Assembly: GCA_000004985.1 (NCBI GenBank)
Contig: GG738845.1
Strand: one strand, 5' to 3'
DNA length: 64,000 nt
Source of the DNA: Naegleria gruberi
Taxonomy: Eukaryota
Every line of letters begins with the position of its first letter. Position 1 is the stretch's first letter. The translations under genes and the position numbers were made by a program. Of the stretch, positions 1 to 9,582 are shown piece by piece. The notes under the pieces are model-generated. The model was not told the DNA's origin, did not search any database, and saw only the letters and a list, made by a program, of their open reading frames with translations.

Positions 1-45
1 TGTAAGTATAGTTTCCTTGCTATCATAATTATGAATTTGGAAAAG

Positions 46-1240
46 TGCTAAAAATCAAGAACAAAGAAAACGTAGATTTGCCAATGTTTCCAGTTTGATG
101 GCAAGTCCAGGAACTTTTTTCATGTTTAAAATTTGCCAGGAGATTTATAAATGGGCAGATGATGTGTTCTATTCACATGCCACAAAGGGAGTAGATATTA
201 AGGTGGAATTTTCTGATTGTTTCGTACCTGGAGAGGGTGAAATTAAAATTTTAGAGGCTATAAGAAATAATCCAAATTGTAGACATGTTGTCTATACTAA
301 GGATAGTGATTTTGTATTGCTCTTATTGACATCATGTGAGGAGAATATCATTCTTGTAAATGATTATCAGAAAATAGAAAAGATTATTCTGGTAAAGAGA
401 GTTAGAGATCAGTTTGGATTATTTGATAATCAACAATATAAGGAAAAATTGAATAGCATACTGTTGGATATGGTATTTCTATCAATAAGTTTTGGAAATG
501 ATTACTTGAAACCAATGTCACACGAACAAAAATTGTTAAACCTATTATTGAGATACAAGAAAAAGAAGCAAAAATATCCAGAAAAGTCTCTCGTTCATAT
601 TGAGAAGAATACAATTGGACTAGATTTGGAGTTTTTCACCAAGATTTTAATTAAATCGAAGGATGTACAACCCTCCATGAAACGATCAGAGGAAGAAACT
701 CTTTTAACGCTTAATTATTTGAAGAGTTTGTTGTGGTGTATTGGCACTTATGAGAGTGGAGTCTGTAGAAATTACTCACAATTCTCACATTGCACACCAC
801 CAGTACTTTTGTCTCAAATGATTCAAGATATGAGAATTTTAGCGAAAAGGGATAAGATATTAATGTTGCCAACAATTGGTGATTCAAGCTTGTTACCAGT
901 TACATTTTTAATGTCCATAATGCCTTTCACTGTATTTAGACAGGCGATACCAAAGAATATCATTTCATTAATTGAGTCGGATAGGTCTCTAATTGTAGAG
1001 TATCAGAATCACTCTTTAAAGCCATCAAGTTTCTTCCAATTGAAAACAATTGAACAAAAGCTACAGTCCTCCATCTCCAAGGAGAAAACAATCCAAGAGG
1101 ATGACCAGATTTGGTGTGAAAAATTACTCTATCCACCCAATACAGTGTTCAAAGTTTCGAAAAATAGAATTGAGGATATCTATCTCAGAACCAAAAAAAT
1201 AGCTAAAATCCTTAAAAAGAGCAAGTCAAATAGTAAATAA
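46..1240 (+). CDS. 5'-3' exoribonuclease (XRN-family)-like protein, 5'-partial; upstream exons lie before the window
   Basis: The translation carries 'FSDCFVPGEGEIKILEAIR', matching the XRN 'PGEGEHKI' motif, and 'KDSDFVLLL' aligns to XRN 'LDADLIML'. 'FGNDYL' aligns to 'VGNDFI' and 'QEQRKRRFA' to XRN 'NQQRGRRFRSA'. Window positions 2-7 are GTAAGT (an intron donor), and an acceptor AG at 44-45 opens the frame from 46. The track ORF 95..1240 starts at an in-frame TTG. Stop TAA at 1238-1240. Confidence 0.55.
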
Positions 1241-1393
1241 TTTGAATGTGCAAAATTGTATTTATTTTGGTTGCGAACAGACTTGTCAGTGACTTTAGTT
1301 ATTTTACAAAGTTGTGCTTAGAAATTGGCTCGTGCCAAACCTAGATTAGTATTATTAATTGGTATCTCAAATAGTTCTTGAAATTGGAAATAT

Positions 1394-1993
1394 CTAGTCA
1401 TCCCACGACGACTGTTGTTTTGGAACATTCTCAAAATCTACTTCCTTATCATACTCATATCCCTCATCACCAGGTCTGATAACGTTGAATTTCTTGTCCA
1501 TCTCTGCCTTTACTCTCCTTAGGGTGACATCATCTAGCTTGTTCAAGTCTTTCTGTTGTGTTTCACTGTCTTCCTCATCCTCGTCAAAGTTATCGTCATC
1601 ACCTTGGTGATGGTACTTAGAGGTTGTATTATTGGTATTTGGGGAAGGTTTACTTTGGTTTTGTATAGATTGAGGCCTATTATCTGGAGGTAAAAATGAT
1701 TTTGTAGTAAAATCGACCAGTTTTCTGATCATTTTTGTAGTTTGATTTTCTGGAATGTGGGAGGCTAAATTCTTATGGTGCTTCATCAGGACATTAGACT
1801 TGATGTGTTCAACCAATTCATCTTCCTCTAATTCCGGATAGTTTTGTACAATGTAGTCTTCCAAGTAAATTTTTCGATGTCTGAGTTCCTTCTTTCCTTT
1901 CTTTGAAATTGTTGTATATTCAATTACGAGAGCACATAATTTCAATCTAATTCCAATTCTTAAAACATTTACATCATCGTTATTTGAGGGCAT
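1394..1993 (-). CDS. CEP19: CEP19-like centrosomal/ciliary protein
   Basis: The C-terminus 'DLNKLDDVTLRRVKAEMDKKF...YEYDKEVDFENVP...SWDD' aligns with human CEP19 '[21 protein letters not shown]...FVYDIEVEFPQDD...GWD'. The N-terminal 'KKGKKELRHRKIYL' block is also shared. Single 199-aa ORF. Confidence 0.6.
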   Translation of the reverse strand: MPSNNDDVNVLRIGIRLKLCALVIEYTTISKKGKKELRHRKIYLEDYIVQNYPELEEDELVEHIKSNVLMKHHKNLASHIPENQTTKMIRKLVDFTTKSFLPPDNRPQSIQNQSKPSPNTNNTTSKYHHQGDDDNFDEDEEDSETQQKDLNKLDDVTLRRVKAEMDKKFNVIRPGDEGYEYDKEVDFENVPKQQSSWDD

Positions 1994-2171
1994 TTTTTTT
2001 GTAGATTTTTGGAGGCAAAAATTTCGTTCAAATAAGCTTCAGTGCTACATTAAGGGAGCCTAAATATGGTAAAAACAATTCTTGTTTGTGGAAAAATTCT
2101 TCTTCTTGAAACCTATAACATGCAATATGTGTTGTTGATACATCCTACAAAGTAGTGAAACATGCTTGTTA

Positions 2172-2867
2172 TTATTCTCTCTCTGTATTATTCAATATGT
2201 ATTTTAAGGAGAGAGGATAGAAATTCTCAAAGAAATCATATTTTCTATAATCTAGATAATTGTGGGGCCACTTATCAATTCCAATCTTTTCCTTGATCTG
2301 ATAAAATTTTCTTTTAAGAGTTGATAAACTACATCCAAGAACATTGCATGCTTGCTGTTGAGTAAGATGCAAGAGACGTATCATCTCATCATCTGTAATA
2401 CTATCCACACTTCTTTTTCCTCTTTTTCCAATCATGGATGCATCGACTCGAATTATGGAAACATGTTGATCCTTTGAATAATTAAAATATGAATTCTTAT
2501 GAACATCTACTGGGCTTAACATTTGATTTTCCATGAATGTATAAACAACTTGTTCAAAGGGTTTTTCGCTAGTATTCGAACTATTGGAATCTCTATTCTT
2601 CATTTCGTACTTTCTTTTGATTTTTTTAGTTTTTTTCACTCCACCAATCCTGAATTTCGACATGTATTCGAATTGTGAGTTGGATGTTAAGCATGTGTCA
2701 TCAACATCCTCATGCACATGCATGCCATCCGTTGTCACATTAGCAGATGTGTTGTACGCAGATTCTGGTGATGGTAATCTCATACTATTGTTGTGTTGGT
2801 GTTGTTGTTGATTTCCCCTATTAATGTTTAAATAGATGTTATGGTTTGATGTTGTTTGATGCATCAA
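2172..2867 (-). CDS. RWP-RK domain transcription factor-like protein
   Basis: The C-terminal 'ITDDEMIRLLHLTQQQACNVLGCSLSTLKRKFYQIKEKIGIDKWP' matches the RWP-RK domain consensus (...LGVS.T.LKR.CR..GI.RWP.RK). The N-terminus is Q/N-rich and low complexity. Confidence 0.6.
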   Translation of the reverse strand: MMHQTTSNHNIYLNINRGNQQQHQHNNSMRLPSPESAYNTSANVTTDGMHVHEDVDDTCLTSNSQFEYMSKFRIGGVKKTKKIKRKYEMKNRDSNSSNTSEKPFEQVVYTFMENQMLSPVDVHKNSYFNYSKDQHVSIIRVDASMIGKRGKRSVDSITDDEMIRLLHLTQQQACNVLGCSLSTLKRKFYQIKEKIGIDKWPHNYLDYRKYDFFENFYPLSLKYILNNTERE

Positions 2868-3894
2868 GGCTGCGGAGGAGGATGTTATATTGGCTAGTGT
2901 TGAGATTTGTAGATGGATTCAAAAGCTCTGAGTACTCCATTGATGTGAAGTTGTGTTTTTTGTTGGTTTTTAATGATGGCAATGACTAGAAGAAAGAACA
3001 TAGATGAGCGAGTAAAGCTCGTCAGTGTAGATCGTTCGTTATTGGTTGGGAAGTTTTTTTGTTGTGTGTTGTTGGTGGTTCAAGGGTTGATTTCTTTGGA
3101 AAGAATAGACCTTTACTGGCCCAATTTATTATCGTTGCAACACTGGTTGAAGACAGAGAGTGTCCTTGACAATTCCATCGATTATCTTTTGGGTAATGGT
3201 GTTTTTGTGGTTTGAGATAATTTTGTTTAAGAAACTAACCAATCACATTATTCATTGTAAAATACACAACAAAAATTGAACCCAAATCATGTTTCAGATT
3301 TCTTATTATCAAGCAATGTGATATGACAGAACTATTTATTAATAATTTACATAAAATGTGATTCAAAATTTAAAACTCAAGAAAGATATTCTTCATAGTC
3401 TTCCTTCGAACTGTTAGAGAGGGATTAATTTAGAGTGATGAGGAAAAGCTATAAACGAAATAAACAATCAAGCTAATGATGGAGAGGTAAATAAAATCTA
3501 TTTAACAAGTCCGATTATTAATTATTAAAATATAATTGTTATTAAATTATCAATATCAACAACAACACATACTCATCAAAATAATTTCCCACGGTTCCAA
3601 CATGTAGTTAACACTCATAATTTGATAGTGTTTGAATTTTCTCTGAAGAAAGCCGATCATCTTGTTGCAATTTTTTATTTGATTTTAATGTCCTTGCTGC
3701 GAAAGGCAAACAGAAAAGTTATCGTTGAAAGTAATATCCTCTATCACCCTTCAACTAATTGGATGATAGAATTGTCGGTTCATGTAAGGAACGAGTAATA
3801 AGAAGAGCAAGATATAAGTAATTGGAGGAAACAACATTAAATAGATGATAAATATTTCCCGCCAAGTGTTATTTACGAAAAAACATCAAAAAAA

Positions 3895-5295
3895 ATGAGC
3901 TCAAACCGAAGACCCAACAATAATAACACAGCACCTCCCCAACCCACAACAGCCGCTGCTAATCCAGCTGATGCTAAGAATTATGAAGAGTTGAAGGCGG
4001 AATTGGAGGAGACAAAGAGAAATAGAAATTACTACCAATTGGAAAGGGATAGAATAAATTCCTTCTGGGATATTACAAAGAAGGAAGTGGAAAATCTCAA
4101 GGGCGAGGTAAGGAACATGCAGAGGGAGATGGAAGAAAATGAAGAAAGACATCAGGTAGAATTAAAAGTGTACAAACAAAAAGTTAGACATCTTCTCTAT
4201 GAACAAAAGATCACCATTGATAGATTAAAAATTGAAAGTGAGAATGCTTTAAAGATCCAAGCTGATGAATTTAGGCAAAAATTAGCTCAATTGAAATCGG
4301 ATAAGAGAAAATTAAAAAGAGAACTCCACTCTATGGAAATAGCTTACCAAGAAGAAATCAAGGGGCTTAAAACGAATCAAGACAAAAACTTGACAAAACA
4401 AACTGAGACATTTGCAAGAAAACTTAAAGAGACCCAACTGAAATATGAAATGAAAATGAAAAAATTAAGAGAAGATTTAGAATTGAGAGGGAGAAAAGAA
4501 ACTGAAGAAATTGAAGAAAGAAAAAATACTCACATCAAACAATTAATGGAAAAACACAAACTTGCCTTTCAACAAATGAAGGATTACTATATAACTATTA
4601 CTAGAAATAACTTGGAATTAATCAAAACTCTGAAAGATGAAGCTGCACTGATGAAACAGGAAGAAGCAGACAATGAAAAACTCATGTTGGAAATTGCTCA
4701 AGACAATAAGAGATTGAGTGAACCTCTTGTTAAGGCTCTGGCAGAAGTTAAAAAGCTCAGAAATGAATTGGCCAACTACCAAAAGGACAAGCTATCTCTC
4801 AAAAATGCCAAGAGCAGGCTGGTCATGATGGAAGATCAATTGAAGAAATTGAAATGGGAACATGAGATTTTAGAACAAAGCCATAAGCAAGTGCACAGAG
4901 AACGTGACGATCTTTACGATAAGTTTGAAAAAACTATTCATGAAGTTCAACAAAAAACACTGTTCAAGAATCAAGTTCTTGAAACAAAGGTTTATGCACT
5001 TCAAGAAACTTTGGAAAAGAAGGATGCCCAAATTCATGAAATACTCAAAGCTTGTAACATAGATGAACACACAGCCGAAGAAATCTCTGAAGGTCTTGAT
5101 AATGTCATTGAAGAAAAGAACAACACGATACGAGAACTCAAATTTGAAATTGAAAAGATGAAGAAGAGTTATAATGATTTGATACGAGTAATTAATGCCA
5201 AGATGCAACAGTATGGAATTGAGGATGAGTTAGGTATTGAACCAATCGCTAACGTTGTTGATGAAGGTGTCCCAGGTAGAGTATGGGTAAAATAA
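3895..5295 (+). CDS. GAS8: GAS8 / dynein regulatory complex subunit 4 (DRC4), axonemal
   Basis: The 466-aa coiled-coil protein is collinear with human GAS8 (478 aa). Examples: 'ERDRINSFWDITKKE' vs 'ERDKIHTFWEITRRQ', and 'EERHQVELKVYKQKVRHLLYE' vs '[21 protein letters not shown]'. 'LKWEHEILEQ' and 'FKNQVLE' are also shared. Single exon. Confidence 0.85.
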   Translation: MSSNRRPNNNNTAPPQPTTAAANPADAKNYEELKAELEETKRNRNYYQLERDRINSFWDITKKEVENLKGEVRNMQREMEENEERHQVELKVYKQKVRHLLYEQKITIDRLKIESENALKIQADEFRQKLAQLKSDKRKLKRELHSMEIAYQEEIKGLKTNQDKNLTKQTETFARKLKETQLKYEMKMKKLREDLELRGRKETEEIEERKNTHIKQLMEKHKLAFQQMKDYYITITRNNLELIKTLKDEAALMKQEEADNEKLMLEIAQDNKRLSEPLVKALAEVKKLRNELANYQKDKLSLKNAKSRLVMMEDQLKKLKWEHEILEQSHKQVHRERDDLYDKFEKTIHEVQQKTLFKNQVLETKVYALQETLEKKDAQIHEILKACNIDEHTAEEISEGLDNVIEEKNNTIRELKFEIEKMKKSYNDLIRVINAKMQQYGIEDELGIEPIANVVDEGVPGRVWVK

Positions 5296-5350
5296 GTAGC
5301 ACTAAATTCAACAAACACTAGGTTTTTTATCTTGTAAATAAAGTTAACAA

Positions 5351-6209
5351 TTGTTATTGATTGACTATTTGCAGAATAATTGTTTTTCTATTATTAAAAA
5401 AATGACAATACATCATACTTCTGATGGTATCAGAGAGGGTTATCAATTTAAAGATCCCTATATTAAAAATCTATTTAATATGATTGCAAAACAATCACCT
5501 TGTTTTCCAATTGAACCTGATCATGTTCAAGTTATCGAAACACCATCACAATTTTATGATGATTTATTGGAGGGAATTAAACATGCAAAAGACAGAGTTG
5601 TATTGAGTAGTTTATATCTAGGAACAGGAGAACAAGAGAAGAAAATTATTCAAGTCTAAGGACTCTTCTATAGCTCTCACTAGCGCCTATTTTAACTTTA
5701 CAGATGAATATATGGAAAGAGTATTGACTACACCATGTACAGACATTTCAATACTCACTGCCTCACCGGCTGCAAATGGATTTTTTACAGCAACTGGCAT
5801 TTCAAAGAATATTCCAATGGCATATGATACTATGGAGCAATCATTTTTTTCTGCAGTTGAGAGAAATCAAAAATTGGGATCCATCAAATTATTCGAATAC
5901 AATAGAGAGAAGTGGACTTTCCATGCCAAAGGATTGTGGCTCTATTCTCCAAACAAAACTATTAATGCACCATTTCTAACCATGATTGGAAGTAGTAATT
6001 TTGGACAACGATCAACAGAAAGAGATGTCGAATCTCAAATAATTTTAATGACTGAGGATGAAAAGTTAATGCAAACATTAGAGAAGGAGAGACAAGGTCT
6101 CGCCAATTACTCCAAACTTGTAACAAGAGCTACTTTTGCCTCTCCTGAGAGAAAGATTGGCAAAGTTTCACAGTTTTTAGTTTCCAAGTTTTTCCATAAA
6201 TTCCTTTAA
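5351..6209 (+). CDS. PGS1: CDP-diacylglycerol--glycerol-3-phosphate 3-phosphatidyltransferase (PGS1, PLD superfamily) - apparently internally deleted or mis-assembled
   Basis: ORF 5351..5659 'VQVIETPSQFYDDLLEGIKHAKDRVVLSSLYLGTGEQEKKII' matches the PGS1 N-terminus ('VRVLSSPAEFFELMKGQIRVAKRRVVMASLYLGTGPLEQELV'). ORF 5712..6209 'ILTASPAANGFF...EKWTFHAKGLWLY...TMIGSSNFGQRS' matches the PGS1 C-terminus including the second HKD motif. The roughly 230 residues between them, including the first HKD 'HIKVYLFDN', are absent. The two ORFs are in different frames, and no intron of this size could supply the missing sequence. Confidence 0.55.
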
Positions 6210-6212
6210 TTT

Positions 6213-9200
6213 TTATTCCAAATCTTTGAAATACTTTTCCATCTCGGCACTAGCTTTGAGATTCTTTGGATTTAATGGATAAGGATACAAATCGCCCTTA
6301 AGAGTCTTTCTCAAGTATTTATAACCTTGCTTTCCATCAGCTTTAGAAATGATTACTTTTGATAAAGTACCTTCAGGTAAGCACATTGAAGTAATTACGT
6401 GACCTCCTCTCTTGAGTGGAGTATCAGTAATACGAGGCCATCTAAATGATTGAAGAGAAAATTCTCTTGCATAACCTCTCAATTCCTTTCTAAGTGCAAT
6501 TTCCTTTTCCACAACAGAATCTGGAAGTTGCTCTCTTATTTGTTTCTTTCTCATTTCTTCTTCTTCTTCTTTTTCTACTTGCTCTCCATATTTAAATCCA
6601 TCAAGTCCATGTCTCTTGAAAGCAATGAATGAGTAATTTTCATTTTCATATTGTTTTTTAGCTTGCTTGGTCAACTTTTGGAATTCTTCGCGCTCCACTC
6701 TTTGTGCAAAGTGACACCATTTTGGAGTGCCGGCCATTGGACAAACTGAATCATGAGGGCATGGGGCCAATATTGTTGGCTTATCATTAATGTTAATGTA
6801 TTTTTGTGTGAGTACTGTTGATCTAGCCTCTCTGATAAAATCAAATCCAACAGGTGTACCTGGTTCAATAATTATCAAAACACCAGATGTTAGTTTCCAC
6901 AGTGCCTTTACAATTCTTTCTCTTTCTTGAGAGTTAGACAATTCATTCATTACAAATGAGGCAACAACAAGGTCATATTGCTTACTAGAATGTTCATTCA
7001 AAAAACGTCTCCATGTAATGTGTGGTTTGTTGTTCATATATTCGAATAATCTGGAAGCAACGTCCATCATTGCAGTAGACGGTTCAACAGCCATCACTTC
7101 TTTCACACTTCCTCCAAAAGCTTCATGAGCTGCCCAAATGGTAGTACCTGGTCCAGTACCAAAATCAAGCATTGTCTTTGGTTCAAAGTCAGGCATTCTC
7201 ATTACAGCCTCTGAAAATACTCTATATGATGTACCATAGATGGCAGGAAGTCTGTGGGCAATATATGCAGCAGATTCCAACTCCTTATAAATAATTTGAG
7301 GATTATAAGTTCTATTAAATTCCTCTTCACTATCCTTTTTCATCTTTTCAATATCAATAGGTCTCTTCTTTTTTTTTGAGGTTTCCTTGTAACTTCTCAA
7401 ATGTTTGAGAACTTCCAATTGTTCCCTGAATAATTCATCTTCAGGACTTTCATCCTTATTCAATTTCTTTTCTTCATCAGATCTGCTGAAAACTTTTGGA
7501 TTCTTATCCAAGCCATTAGTTCTCAATCTAAAGGCAGCACTTAGAATTTGAGCAGTTCTTTGAATCAAATTCTTTGGATATTCAGATACAATCTCAGATA
7601 CACCCTCAACAAGTTCTGGAGGAAGACTAATAGAACCAATACTCATATTGGCTATTTCCTTTCTAAGCTTATCCTCGTTTTCTTTTGTAGATTTCTTCAA
7701 GTATGGGTGTATATCCTCTGAAAACATTGCATATTCTGATTTGGTTTCATATTCAGATAATAGTAAATTCTTTTCTTCCAACGATTGGAAAATTTGGTTT
7801 GGGTCATCATCCCCCAAGTATTCATCCAAAAGATTCGAAATTGGTGTCTCATTCTCTTCATTTTCCAATTCGTCTTGCAGTTTATCATAAGCTGTAGTTT
7901 TTTCTATTTTTTTAGGTTGAGTTTTTTCCTTCTTCTTTTTAATGATTTCATCATCTTTAAGAATGGTATTAAGATCTGAAATATCATATCCATATTCTAA
8001 AAAGTAGTTTTTAGCATCTATCAATTTCTTCTCCAAATCTCTCTCATCAAAATTTGAGCTTTCCAAATCTACCTCATCCTTGGTACTTTCATCAACTAGT
8101 AAATCTCTTAGAGGTATTCTTCCCTTTGATCCTGCAACTATAAGTGGTTTCGTTTGGTCCTTATTGGTGGCATTTTTAACCTTTTCCACAACTTTCTTTG
8201 TATTGGTTCCAATTGGGTAGAGGATTAATATTTTTCTACCATGATTGTTTTGTATTACTGGTGAGTATCCCTTTAATTCCCATTGTTTGTTAAATTCAAC
8301 TGGATTTGACATGGCATTACTATATTGTTCATCTGTTAAATTCAAGATGGTTGTGGAGAATGTTGGACTAGATTCATTTTGATCCACTTCTGGTTTTTCT
8401 TTACTTGAGTCCATTGTTTCTTTGTGAGCTAATTCTTCATAACTAGATGGTTTCTTATTGACGGTGGAGAGTCTTTGGGATAATTTTTGGAGATCGGTCT
8501 TTTTGTGAGGTTTTGAGGAGAGCTTATCACTCTCAACAATTTCAATATTCTTTGGCAATTGTTTCTTTGGTCTTTCGACATCCTCTTCCTCTTCCTCAGT
8601 AATACTATTTACAAATTGTTTGAATGAAATATCTTCTTTTCCTCTCTTCTCCTCCTCTTCCTCTGGTACAGAATTCACATAGTCTTCGTATGCTTTTTTG
8701 AGTTCTGCCTTCTTTTTCTTTTTTTCTTCAATTTCCTCTGGTGTACTGTCCATGTCAGGGAGAAGAATATTTTCCAAATTGTATCTGACATCATGTTTAA
8801 TACCCCATTCAACAACTTTCGAGATGTCATCCTCAGTGTTTACCTTATTTTGTAAGAGGTTTGCAAATTTCTTATCTTGTAATTTAGTTGTTGTGTATTC
8901 TGCAACAGGCATTGAGCTTGTATCTATTTGATCTCGTTTAGGTTTGTTAACAAGAATTTTGAATGATGATTCATCTTTCTTTCTAGATTCCTCCTTTTTC
9001 TTTTCTAGTTCCTTTGCTTCCTTCAACCTGGATTCTTTCATCTCTTTCCTCAATTTTTGAACAAGTGCTACAACATCCTCTTCCTCCATATTATTTTTTC
9101 CATCAGTTACCTTTTGATTTGTGATAGTAGTGGTATTTGGTTGTTGTGGGTTGGATAATTTTGTGGTACTTTTTGGAATCTCTGAAGATACCTTCTTTTT

Positions 9201-9452
9201 CGTTTTGTTGCTGGCTTGTTCTATTTTCTTATTGTTGGATTTAGTTGTGTTCATTGGTTTGTTGTTACTATTCTTTTTAATTCCCGATGATTTTTCCATG
9301 GATGAAAGTAGAGAATCAATAGAAGATTTCTTCTCTAGAAAAAGTGTTGTAGAGAATAACCTATTGTTATTTCCAATCAGAGGCAATTTTCTAGAAAGAG
9401 GCAATCCCGACAAGGAAGCTACTACTGATGACTTTCCAACGAATCTCTTCAT
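6213..9452 (-). CDS. Rsm22/METTL17-like mitochondrial methyltransferase with long K/E-rich N-terminal extension
   Basis: The C-terminal roughly 450 aa carry 'MLDFGTGPGTTIWAAHEAFG' (a SAM-binding G-x-G-x-G) and a cysteine cluster 'APCPHDSVCPMAGT...WCHF', typical of the Rsm22 family. The N-terminus 'MKRFVGKSSVVASLSGLPLSRKLPLIGNNNRLFSTT' looks like a mitochondrial presequence. About 600 aa of low-complexity K/E/S-rich sequence lie between. Stop is 3 bp from the convergent PGS1 stop. Confidence 0.5.
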   Translation of the reverse strand: MKRFVGKSSVVASLSGLPLSRKLPLIGNNNRLFSTTLFLEKKSSIDSLLSSMEKSSGIKKNSNNKPMNTTKSNNKKIEQASNKTKKKVSSEIPKSTTKLSNPQQPNTTTITNQKVTDGKNNMEEEDVVALVQKLRKEMKESRLKEAKELEKKKEESRKKDESSFKILVNKPKRDQIDTSSMPVAEYTTTKLQDKKFANLLQNKVNTEDDISKVVEWGIKHDVRYNLENILLPDMDSTPEEIEEKKKKKAELKKAYEDYVNSVPEEEEEKRGKEDISFKQFVNSITEEEEEDVERPKKQLPKNIEIVESDKLSSKPHKKTDLQKLSQRLSTVNKKPSSYEELAHKETMDSSKEKPEVDQNESSPTFSTTILNLTDEQYSNAMSNPVEFNKQWELKGYSPVIQNNHGRKILILYPIGTNTKKVVEKVKNATNKDQTKPLIVAGSKGRIPLRDLLVDESTKDEVDLESSNFDERDLEKKLIDAKNYFLEYGYDISDLNTILKDDEIIKKKKEKTQPKKIEKTTAYDKLQDELENEENETPISNLLDEYLGDDDPNQIFQSLEEKNLLLSEYETKSEYAMFSEDIHPYLKKSTKENEDKLRKEIANMSIGSISLPPELVEGVSEIVSEYPKNLIQRTAQILSAAFRLRTNGLDKNPKVFSRSDEEKKLNKDESPEDELFREQLEVLKHLRSYKETSKKKKRPIDIEKMKKDSEEEFNRTYNPQIIYKELESAAYIAHRLPAIYGTSYRVFSEAVMRMPDFEPKTMLDFGTGPGTTIWAAHEAFGGSVKEVMAVEPSTAMMDVASRLFEYMNNKPHITWRRFLNEHSSKQYDLVVASFVMNELSNSQERERIVKALWKLTSGVLIIIEPGTPVGFDFIREARSTVLTQKYININDKPTILAPCPHDSVCPMAGTPKWCHFAQRVEREEFQKLTKQAKKQYENENYSFIAFKRHGLDGFKYGEQVEKEEEEEMRKKQIREQLPDSVVEKEIALRKELRGYAREFSLQSFRWPRITDTPLKRGGHVITSMCLPEGTLSKVIISKADGKQGYKYLRKTLKGDLYPYPLNPKNLKASAEMEKYFKDLE

Positions 9453-9582
9453 TTTTTTTGATGTGAATATTGACTTGAAGAAATTATTGTAGAAAGTATC
9501 ACTCTAGGCCTTTATTGTCTTTGTCACATCTACTGCAAGGTGGAGCAGCTTGATAAAATACACAACACTGTTAATTTACAAT

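Noticed and set aside
2973-3215. 80-aa + strand ORF in the RWP-RK / GAS8 intergenic region
   Set aside because: Hydrophobic, low-complexity, with no homology. It lies in a divergent promoter region and is most likely a chance ORF in AT-rich sequence.
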